A stretch of DNA of 64,000 bases from Dimorphilus gyrociliatus (Eukaryota > Animalia > Annelida): positions 1,694,250 to 1,758,249 of the forward strand of contig CAJFCJ010000010.1 of assembly GCA_904063045.1 (NCBI GenBank), written 5' to 3'. The notes below the pieces were generated by a model. That model had not been told where the DNA came from. It saw only the letters and a list, made by a program, of their open reading frames with translations, and searched no databases. A program made the position numbers and the translations under genes. Numbering within the stretch: position 1 is the first letter of the stretch; every line of letters starts with the position of its first letter. Shown piece after piece: positions 1 through 10,589 of this stretch.

Positions 1-54
1 CTATACTTAATTTCTTCACCTATTATCGCCTCACACGTGCTTATCTTGTATTAG

Positions 55-2651
55 ACAGATATATCGTGCCTTCTATACAACAAGAGTAGAGAAAACCATT
101 GCCAGTTTGAAAATGTTTGCGGTGTTCCCTATACTGCCCTACCAATGTCAACGGTAATTTTCTATATTTTTTCCCATGGCGTATCAATTTCTCTATAAAA
201 AATAACTTTCAGTCTTATATAAACACTAAATAGGCATTGTATTCTAAAATTTTCTTGCAATTCGTCAATTATAGCTGCTTTATTGTTATAGAAAAAAAAT
301 AAATGTTAAAATAAAACAGGTTATCTCCACCAAATACGATATTCCATTGTTGATGAGGAGGAAAGAAGCGAAATCATATGGTACGAAACAATTGGTTGAA
401 GGTTACTTTAAAAAAGGCGATAGATGCTTAATTATTGAGGATATTGTAACATCCGGTGGCTCAGTTCTGGAAACTGCGCAAGTATGCTTAATCGGGATAT
501 TTCATTACGTTACGTGACACTGGCGGCATTTTAACAACGTTTCCGATTATCCTGTCTATGCGCAATAATTTTGTTGTATATACGATTCACATTTTCTAAA
601 AGTCGGAAATGGCGTTATAAGCGCCCTAGTTAATACATAACAATGAAATACGTGACGTTTATTCGCTAATACCGGGAATTTTTAAAGTGATATTTACTTT
701 TTTTTCATTTACCTTTTAATATAGATACTACGAAATTTAGGATTAGAAGTACGCGATACAGTAGTCGTCCTAGATAGAGAACAAGGAGCAATCGCTTCAT
801 TAAAAAATCACAATATTGAAGTACATTCGTTAGTTTTTGTCACTTTTCATACAAAATAAATAAAATAATTCTTTTTTATCATATTTACAGGATATTCACA
901 TTATCTCAAGTTGTTGACTGCTTGCTTAGTGTTGGCAAACTTAACAGCTCGATTGTTAACAATGTCAAAACGTTTATCAAAGAGAATCAAGTAACTTGTG
1001 GCAAAAAGGTTAAAGAGATTCTTTTTAAATATTTATTATATATAAGGTTATATGTAAGTGATTTCTTTTTCGAAGAAACTGAGAAGAGATTACAATATTG
1101 ATTTCTCTCTCGAATGTAAATAACAATTGGGTCATAGTATTGGAAAAACAATTTTTTCTCCTTTAACGCTTTTCTTTGTCTAACTGCGAAAAATACAAAC
1201 AGGAAGAAGCGACTGAAACGAAAATACATCCACTAACTAGGCGAATTTGGGAAGTAATTAAAGAGAAACAAAGTAACCTATGCGTTTCCTTAGATGTCAG
1301 CGAAAGTGGAGATCTTCTAGATGTGAGTGAATATCTTGGCTAAGATTCTAGGCCTATATTAAGCTTATATAACTATGATTTAATAAAGCTGGCGGATAAG
1401 CTCGGTCCGTACGTGTGCATGATAAAAGTTCATGCTGACATCGTAAAAGGATTCAACGTGGATGTTGGTTTGCAATTGAAAGCTCTCGCTTCTAAACATA
1501 ATTACTTTATTTTTGAAGACAGGTACAGCAATTTTAGACTAATTTTTTACTTTCTTTCTTAAATTATATTAATTCTGAATTTGTTAAATTACCTTCTTTG
1601 GATTTTGGAGTTTGAGCCAAATCCAAAATAGAGTAATAAATCTTATTGTCAATAATGTCATATGAAACGAATAACATCCATCTTTATTCAAAATGTAATG
1701 ATTCTCTTCTGTAACAGAAAATTTGCCGATATTGGAAAAACCGTTAGCATGCAATTTTCAGGCGGAAATTTAGAAATAAGTAAATGGTGTGATATTGTTA
1801 ATGTGCATGCTCTTCCCGGTCCTGGAGTTATTGCAGGAATACGTACTGTTCGAGTTAGTGTATAAAAATAATATTAATACGGGAGATAATGCTAATCTTT
1901 TAATTAATTTCACAGCGTGATGTCGGTATTCTTGTCTTAGCACAAATGAGCAGCGAAGGAAACTTATTAAATGAATCCTATACCAAAAGTAAGTGCAATA
2001 GAGATAATATTAAACAGATAACCTAGTTCGTTAAACAAAAGTATTTCGATGCTCCTACATTAAAAAGCGATCGTTTAAAGTTTATCTTTCGCTTATTTGC
2101 GGATTTTTAATTCATAAAAGTTATCTAAAGCCTATTGTAATACAATAAGAGTGTTGATTGAAAGGTAGTTTCAACTTTTTATAAAGGAAACCGTTTTTAA
2201 TATTTCATTTTAGTATACCTTCAATTCTATCACATATTAAACATCTGCGTTCTATCTAATCAGGTGCTGTTGAACTATCTTCTGCTAATCGAGATTGCGT
2301 AATTGGATTTATAGCGCAAGAAAATTTGACGAACGATAGCTTTATTGTGGCTACGCCAGGTGAACTTTTTAGAATACGTTCTCTAAAGTTTCTTATATTA
2401 TTATCTCTTTTGACATGTAATATTGTATTATAATAGGAAATTTTTTTTTTACAGGCGTCCATCTATCCACATCATCTGGCGACTTAGGCCAAACGTATAA
2501 CTCGCCGCAAAAAGCTATTGAAAAAGGGTCAGACATAATAATTGTTGGTTCGGGTATTATCAAGTCCGATAACCCTGTGGAAGCGGCTGAAAACTACCGA
2601 AAAGCGTCTTTTACTGCAAAAATCCTCGAAAAATGCGCCTTATATTCCTAG
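55..2651 (+). CDS. UMPS: Uridine 5'-monophosphate synthase (OPRT + OMP decarboxylase), 5' end outside window. Exons 55-153, 320-481, 725-828, 891-1008 (or -990), 1203-1322, 1389-1522, 1718-1853, 1916-1988, 2264-2359, 2455-2651
   Basis: Spliced translation gives OPRT motifs [20 protein letters not shown] and [13 protein letters not shown], and ODCase motifs IKVHADI, EDRKFADIG, TPGV, LGQTY and IIIVGSGII. All introns are GT-AG with consistent phases. The exon 4 donor is ambiguous. Confidence 0.96.
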
Positions 2652-2662
2652 AAATTTGCGTT

Positions 2663-2697
2663 GACCAATCAGAATCCTCGATAGTTGCCGCCATCTT
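2663..2697. promoter_or_regulatory. CCAAT box (gaccaatcag 2663-2672) and YY1-type motif (gccgccatctt 2687-2697 = AAGATGGCGGC on minus) between the UMPS stop and CACNB exon 1
   Basis: Exact consensus matches in a GC-enriched patch 12 bp after the UMPS stop and about 410 bp before the CACNB ATG. Confidence 0.5.
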
Positions 2698-3105
2698 TCC
2701 CTCTAATCATTGAAGAGGGATGTTTCGCGGAATAAATTCTAACACTTTTTTTTTCAATACAATATTTATCTTGATATTATTGTCTTAATTATATTTTATG
2801 ATTTCGGAAAAAATTTTACGAAAAATTACCGTCTGACACGTATGTTCCTAGAATAAACTTTTTTCTAGAGCATTAATGAAACCGACCACCCCTCTGAAAC
2901 GTTACCCGGATGCAGAGGTCCATCTGCTGAGAGGAGAAATTCGCTAAATTTTTACGGATTATGAGCGAATAAACTTGCAATAAGTTAAACCGCGGATTTT
3001 AATCAAACTGGCGGGTATAACTTGAAAAAACAAAATTTTATTCGGGATATGTTTGTCGAAGATGGTAAAAGGAACGTCGGGTAGAAGGTTGTTCTATTTT
3101 ACCCG

Positions 3106-6100
3106 ATGGATCAACATTCATCCTCCGGTCGGATTCAACTTACCGAGGCGGACCTTTCAGGGCAATCTTCTTATACGGTAATTTTTAAGAATATTTCATA
3201 CAGTTTTTAATCGAAAATATCGTGATTTGATTACATTAATATTTAAGTACGCGAGCGATAATAGGAGCAAATTAATGGAGGGTAGAAACCTACGAAATTT
3301 GACAAGTGTCTTTCTTACCTTGGAAATAGTTTTTTTCGGGTTCGGTATCATGCGTTTGGCTCAATTGCACACAATATTGACTCGTTTTTTTTCGCAACGG
3401 CTGCGTGTTTTATTGTATTCATTCAATTGACCAAGTTTTTTTTATTTTTTAATTTAGCTATATGTCTAAATGATGCGAAAAACCATTCTCCTTCTTTAGA
3501 TTTATTCATTCTATATATTAAGATTGTATAGTATTAATAGGGAAATTTAAGGTAAAAAAAATATATCTGAACTTTTTATGCTAACTTATACGTATGCGTG
3601 GAACATTTTCCAAATGCCAACCGCAAATGGCCGGTATTCGTTTTTTTTCTCTACATCGAGAAAAGCTAATAAGATTACGGCTCGAAGGTAAAAATATTTC
3701 TCAAATAAAATTAAAAAAGTAAGAGAACGAGAACAAGAACAGGAACAAGAATGCAACCATTCTTGAAAAAAAGCAGACAAAATCGATCAAAAGAGTGAGA
3801 GTGGAGGAGTGAGTGAGTGAGTGAGTGAGTGAGTGAGTGAGTTATTGAGTGAAGTGCTGGCTGGAAAATTTGAAAACAATGCAAAGTCAAGTATATATTG
3901 TAAAAGGCGAATAGGAGTTATTTTAGAGAAAAATTTTTTTGAATCTACCCTTTTATTATTTCAATTATTATCATTATTATTATTATTATTATCGGCTTTT
4001 CAAGTGTAATTTAACGATCGGTTTTACTTATAGTATGAGGGAATCTGCTTAATTGACTGTTGAAATACCGTATTTTGAAGAAGCTCCAGTATTTCATTAT
4101 CAATATTTGGGAGGGAGGGAGGGAGGGGGGGAGAAGAAAAAGAGATAAAATACAGGGCGTTTTCAGAATGGTTTGCAGTAGGCCTTCCCGTACTTTTTTC
4201 TCTTCCTCTTTGTTTTTTTCTTAGTGTTTATTAACTTTGCACCGAGAAAAAACGTTTTAAAGCTGTCCTTCATTTTTTGTAAACCAGAGACAATTACAAG
4301 GTACCTGGAAATTAAGGTTTTAGAATATGTTCCAGCTTGAAAGTGTCTTAATATTTTGGATACGTGTATTTTTTTTATTCACAGTTATTAGTTTCGACCA
4401 AAAAAATTATATTCAAATGTTACCACAGCGATTGTATAGTAGATATAATGCATTTTTTTTCTTTATTGGAACATCTGTAGTATTGAAATATTATATTGCA
4501 CCTGCTGCTTTTACCGGTGTTTTGAATACGGATGGCAAATGTTGGAAGTATCCGCCATTTTTACTAGAGGATGCTATGTAATCATAATTCTACAAACGAA
4601 TATTGCTACTGCAGTGTACGGAAATTTTATGTTACGTCCGGATTATTAGTATTAATCGCGCTCATCTCTTTCCTAGCTTCCTTTCAGGTGGATAAAATAT
4701 AAGATAATCTTTATTTGTCAATTCCGATATTTGAATTGATAAATAATTTTTACAATGCAGCATACTGCGTTTATAGTGTATTCATTTACGTGTATATGTA
4801 AACCTTATTCATTGATATACGATTATATTCCATATGTATAATGATTCCTATAAGTATATGTCCTTTTAAATACACCTACATAACTATTATGTAATAACCA
4901 TTTCATTCGTCAACAGGTAGGGAAAAGTGCGCGACGGCGACCAAAAATCAAAGTGCAGCAACGATCTGAGGAATCCGCCAGTTCTGGGAGCTTTATCAGA
5001 CAGGTAGATTGTTATGCTACCACATAACTTTTGCAGTAGGCTCTAGAAGTAGGTCAACGTTCTATTCCAGAACAGACTGCGCTTATTGATTTCGCGCTCT
5101 TCTAGGCCTAAATTATTGTTTATGAATCCACCTGTTTTTCTCTACGTTACCCTCTACCTTCTGTAAAAATTATTTTTACAGTAGGGCAAATAGTTTGTAG
5201 AGAAAAAATTTGATTGGTTAAGTCATGTAAGCATTTGTCACTTTCGAACGTCATCGTTAGTAAAATCAATAGACAAGATATGCGGCGGAACGCTCTTCCC
5301 GTCTAGACGCCCGTGTCCAATCGCCGTCGACTTAACATGGCAAACCGGAAGTAGATTTGTGCATGAATTATGTGATGCGTTTGTTTTTATCGGCGATATC
5401 ATGAGGAGTGATGAGAGTCGGGGAGGCGATGGTCAACACCGCTTCTTCAACTACTCCATCCTCCAGACGGCGCCTCGTATCCGATTCATCACTCTCCTCG
5501 GTAAAATATTTTTTATAATAGGCCTATATAATTTCTTTTTATCGTTTTTTCCTCTTTCTAACTCTTACACACCCCTACTTTCTCTCCATTCGTCTATTTA
5601 TCAGTCTATACCTTTTTACGCTCTCTATCAGTCTACCGAGTTAGACCTTTTGATCTGAGTCGCCCCTAGTTTACAAGGCTTGTTCTTTCATTTCGTCGAT
5701 AATGGATAAAGGTGCAGTTCATAAACAAATTACGGCATTGGCATCATGAAAAAGAGATCAGTCGGTTGCAACCGTATCTAATATGATTTGGCAGGTGATT
5801 ATCCTTTTTTGGCAATAAATTTCCAGCGTTGATAAAGAAAAAAAAACAAGCAGAAGGATAATATGTTATTCTCTTCAATCAGGTCTCTAGCTTTCTCTCT
5901 CTCGCTCTCTCCCCCCTTTTGTTTTCACAAAGCAGGATATCTCAAAGCCAAAGATCGAAATTCACCGCCAAACTCAAGATGCTATTATCCCATTGAGTTT
6001 GTGCCCTTTCCTAACCTCTGAATCGATTGTATGTTCCCGAGCAGAGCAGAATTTTTAAGCAACCATATATTTATTAACTAGTTTGCAACGTCATTACCAA

Positions 6101-9100
6101 AAATGTATAGACGGTTTTATTTGGAGATGAGGTCTATTTCTATGCCATCATTAATATAATATTAATATACTAATATATAGTTCACAAAAATAAGTACTGT
6201 ATATTCAATATGTACACTGCAATTTTATAGGTTTTGTTATATTTTATTGTCCTCTTTTTACTTTATCTATCTACTCCATTGCTTCAGGGATCGGCCGATT
6301 CAAATTTTAGCCAACCCTCATCTGAACTCTCAGAGGATGACAGAGACGCTTTTCGCAGGGAATCGGAACGTCAGGCTGTCAGTCAATTGGAAAAGGGCAA
6401 GGTAAAATTTTTATCTTTTACTCTCTATTCTTTTTCTCTGTCAATTATATAAACTTTTCGGCAGGCCGTCAGACAGTTAAACAAAGCAGAGGTTTGTGAT
6501 ATTATAGTAGAAAAACTTGATAAAATGTAGGCAAAAAACATAAAAATAAAAACGTTAGCTGAAACTGTTTGCGGTGGCCATATTACATTTGATTCGTGTG
6601 GTTTGATAAAAATAATAACTCATTTTTATAACATTCTTTATAGGATGTTACTTCTTTCGTATATAAAAGAATTATTTAATATTTCTCGTCAGTAAGCTGA
6701 ATAAACTTAAAATATTATATACTTTACACAGCATAAATAGCTGTGAAAAAAATTTCTTTTGGATTCTCATTTAAAGAAATATATATAACCAAAAAGTAAT
6801 TTATAAATGAAAATTATTCAAGTGCCTTTTCAAAGATGTCTTGATTATTCCCAATGATCAAACCAACACTTAAAATTGATATGTAAACCCGCTGACGGTC
6901 ATTAATTACCAGTTTTCTACTTTATTCTGTTGTTTCTTTTTGTGTGCATACATCAATATACGTATATACGACAATATACGCTATAACATACAATATATAC
7001 TGTATATAATCCCCTAAACAACTAGGCGTATATAAGTATATGTGTATGCTATGCATGACAACAGTCTTAGATAACTCTAACACACGTTTTAAACTGCAAC
7101 TAAATTTATATCCTAATGTATGTTATTTTCAATTAACACACATTACTCTAGAGTGTCTGTTGATAGTTAAGTGTTTTGATCTAATTTCCTTCACCTATAT
7201 CACAAGTATTTATACAATATTTCAAAAACAATTCCACCAAAATATCATCTTGTTATAAATACTAAATTTTGTTTTTTTTTGAATTATGCCTAAATAATAA
7301 TGAATAATTTTTTTTTGCACTCCCCTATATTTTTACTGTAGTATTCACGTACTTCCTTGTAAGATGTTGTAAAAAAAACAAAATAATTATTAATTACAAA
7401 ACGACAGGCTTTTAATTAGGGACGTATACTAGTTACCAACTTGAACTTAAAAGACGTATAGGATAGATATAAAAAGAGATTTCAATAAAATAATAAAAAA
7501 ATTTAAGATTTAAATAAATAAACTTTTTTTAACGATGCTGATGATACTTTTATACTAGTACGTTAATTACCTAATAGTTAGCTCTTTCTGAGAGTAAGAT
7601 AATACATTAATTAGCATACCCGAAAAAATATCATAAAGCAGATTTTCTTTAGTAAATATTCTTAGTCAAAAGTATTACCCTTATGCTTAATTCTGAGAAA
7701 AGAGTAAATTCGTTAGACCATCTGTGATTCTTATTATTTTTGAAACTATAAAAAAATAAAGAGAGAAAAAAAAGAAAAAAAGTTATTTTATAATGTTGAT
7801 TTTATTGAAATTATTGTATCATAAAACTATATTAGAAATTTTATAAAACTAATTTATCAATTTATCAAATAAATTTTTATATCAAAATTGATCTGTAACA
7901 TATGTTAATTATTATATTAAGTTTTTAATTGCTAGTTATTCATTTTTTTAAATTACTGATGGAATAAAATATAAAAAATTAAGATACAACTTTTTATAGT
8001 ATTGATAACGTTTTCTCATTAAATGAAATTAAGTATATTTTCAAAGCAAGCATTTATATATATATACATATATATATATCTATATTTATTTTTATATAGA
8101 AAGAGCTATGAATAAGCAGGTGCTAATTCTGTTTTTTTTATATATAATAGATTAACTAGTTCTTAATAAAAATAAATAATTTATAAATATAGTCAGGCTA
8201 AAATAGCGAAATCGTTGTTATTACAGAAATAACAACATTTTCGTCTTTTTTACAGTGCATTTAAGTTTGTATTAGTGTGCATTCATAGATTTTTGCGCAC
8301 TTTTTGACTGATAAAACAAGTTTCAGTAAACATTAATTATATTACTTGGGAAAAAAAATAAGTCGCATATGATGTATATATACTGTATATACATATATTA
8401 TTCTATAGATTGTCTAATAGCTGTATGATCTTTCTTCACAGACAAAACCGGTGGCTTTCGCAGTTCGGACGAATGTTGCATACGAACCAGGGAGCGATGA
8501 TGATTCACCGGTTCATGGCCAGGCTATAGGTTTTGCGCAAAAGGATTTCTTGCATATTAAAGAGGTGTGAAATTATAAATTGATATAAAAATCATCTACG
8601 AATCTCATTCAAGATATTGATTATCAAATTAAGATATTAAATATTTAAAATTTTAGAAAATTACTTTTTTTTTAAAAAAAATGGATTCCTACATTTAACA
8701 CTTGTTTGTTTCTCTTTTATCAAATAGAAATTCAACAACGACTGGTGGATTGGTCGGCTTGTGAAAGAAGGTTGTAAAATAGGTTTTATACCGTCACCGG
8801 CTAAATTGGAACAGCTCAAATTGCAAAACGCCAATGCTGCCGCGTCGCGAAATGTTAAATTGTATGGTCGTCAGGGTTCGAAAACGAATTCAAGTTCGAA
8901 TATCGATAATATACTGAATTCGAAAAGTTCGAATTCACGGGGTTCAACTCCTCCTACTCCTGGGTTCGATTTAGAACAGAACGGTGTTGATTCAAATGTG
9001 GGAGAGGATAGCGATAGTTTGGGTAATTCAAAAACATCTAAAGCGTCAATAACACCCCCCGCTAAGGAAAAACGTAAGCCGTTCTTTAAGAAAGTACGTA

Positions 9101-10589
9101 TGCTTTATTTGTAATAAATTCTTTTTTTGCTAAATATATATAAAACCAATACTTTTTATCCTCTTTTACAGTCGGAGCAGACTCCTCCTTACGAAGTAGT
9201 GCCTTCCATGCGCCCATTGGTCCTTATAGGGCCGTCGTTGAAGGGCTACGAAGTAACGGATATGATGCAGAAAGCGATATTCGACTTTTTGAAGCATCGG
9301 TTTGAAGGCAGGTGCGTAAACAATTTCATTATACTGTGTATGAGAGAAAGTTAACTATTCATTCATTCTACCTTTCTTTATAAATTTCATATTCATTATT
9401 CGTTTATATATGTTTATTCTATGTCATTTTAGAATCGTCATAACCCGAGTAACCGCCGATATTTCACTCGCCAAACGCTCATTGCTCAACAATCCGAGTA
9501 AAAAGGCCATTATGGAACGTGCGAATAGTCGTTCGTCCTGTATGGCCGAGGTGCAAGCGGAAATCGAAAGGATATTCGAATTGGCTCGAACTCTGCAGAT
9601 CGTTGTCCTCGATTGCGATACGATAAATCATCCTTCGCAACTCGCAAAGACATCCCTTGCTCCGATAGTAGTATATTTGAAAATTTCTTCGCCAAAGGTA
9701 AGCTGAATCGAAATAATATGTTTCCTATTCGTTGATCTTAATACGTTCGAGAATGTAAAGTTTTATCTTTTTTTACTTGTTTTAATAGGTGCTACAACGT
9801 CTGGTGAAATCGCGGGGTAAATCCCAAACTAGAAATATGAATGTACAATTAGTGGCCGCCGAAAAATTAAGTCAGTGCAATCCGGACATGTTCGACGTCA
9901 TATTAGACGAGAACCAGTTAGACGATGCCTGTGAACACCTCGCCGAATATTTGGAAGCCTATTGGAAGGCTACTCACCCGTTACCGGTTGCAAATCCTCA
10001 AGCACATCAGCAATCTCAGCAGATGGGTCAGGCTTCTTCCTCCTCGAATAGGGATAGGGATAGGGACAGGGACAGGGATAGGGAAAGAGATAGAGATAGG
10101 GCCGCTAGTAACGAGCGACTGTGTGATAGGGACACGCGTGATCATAGGTTAAGTAGAGAGCACGATCCGAGAGAGGATTACGACCGCTTTCCTGAGAGAG
10201 AACATCGTCATGAACATCATAGAACTGGTATGGAAGATTATGACAGGGATCACCACCAACATCACCAGCACCACCACGACAGAAATCGTCGATATAAGGA
10301 GGACAGGTATAAAGAGAGGCGACCCCCGCACTACGCTATGCGTTTTCCGGACGAGTTTGCCGAGCCTTATAATAGACCTGACCTCCACCGTTATGATTCA
10401 ATTGAAGAGGAACAGTATGAACATCCCCCTCACCGACGAAGGCATCCAATGCACCAAATAAGGCGGACTGATGAACCTCCTGAGATTGACCTCGATGACC
10501 TTGACAATGCGGAACCTCCTTACCCTCCTAGGGGGAATAGAAGGCCGGATAGGAGTAAATACCCACCACAAGGCAGTATAGCCATCTAA
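3106..10589 (+). CDS. CACNB: Voltage-gated calcium channel beta subunit (SH3-HOOK-GK), about 655 aa. Exons 3106-3177, 4917-5003, 6288-6401, 8442-8564, 8728-9093, 9172-9311, 9433-9697, 9789-10589
   Basis: Motifs SFIRQ|[75 protein letters not shown] and [29 protein letters not shown]. Intron phases are consistent. The core exons are certain; the first exon (3106-3177) is less so. Confidence 0.95.
3807..3842. repeat. (GAGT)9 microsatellite in CACNB intron 1
   Basis: Read directly from the sequence. Confidence 0.9.
4568..4687 (+). CDS. Candidate alternative CACNB exon (120 nt, phase 0-0) encoding [40 protein letters not shown], with a predicted transmembrane helix
   Basis: Acceptor tttttactag| at 4567 and donor cag|gtggat at 4687. 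Open in frame with the flanking CACNB exons and has an internal ATG at 4571. Contains a 20-residue uncharged hydrophobic run. The donor is weak and there is no transcript evidence. Confidence 0.45.
5344..5353 (+). promoter_or_regulatory. ETS motif (accggaagta) in a GC-rich patch upstream of the internal CACNB first exon; putative internal promoter
   Basis: Exact CCGGAAGT match about 75 bp before ATG 5429, with aacatggc (YY1-like) just upstream. Confidence 0.45.
5429..5500 (+). CDS. CACNB: Alternative first coding exon of CACNB ([24 protein letters not shown]), splicing in phase 0 to the GSAD exon at 6288
   Basis: ATG to tcg|gtaaaa is 72 nt, phase 0, GC-rich relative to the flanks. Alternative N-terminal exons joining the GSAD exon are typical of Cav-beta genes. 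Confidence 0.6.

Noticed and set aside
987-2462. Minus-strand track ORFs 987-1229 and 2256-2462
   Set aside because: Antisense shadows of UMPS exons and introns; the plus-strand spliced frame explains the region.
4327-4581. 84-aa plus ORF in CACNB intron 1 overlapping the candidate TM exon
   Set aside because: Different frame from CACNB, ends in a stop, no usable in-phase donor and no recognisable motif; composition is typical of T-rich intron.
5359-5658. 99-aa track ORF / ATG 5401 frame as CACNB first exon
   Set aside because: That frame reaches the 5500 donor in phase 1, which is incompatible with the phase-0 GSAD exon; the ATG 5429 frame fits.
9172-9311. Possibility of a schistosome-type variant Cav-beta lacking the two PKC-site serines
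   Set aside because: Both serines (PSMR and PSLK) are present, so the core is a conventional beta subunit.
10049-10100. Hexamer repeat array as CRISPR or satellite
   Set aside because: No spacers; it lies in frame in the CACNB exon and encodes RD.
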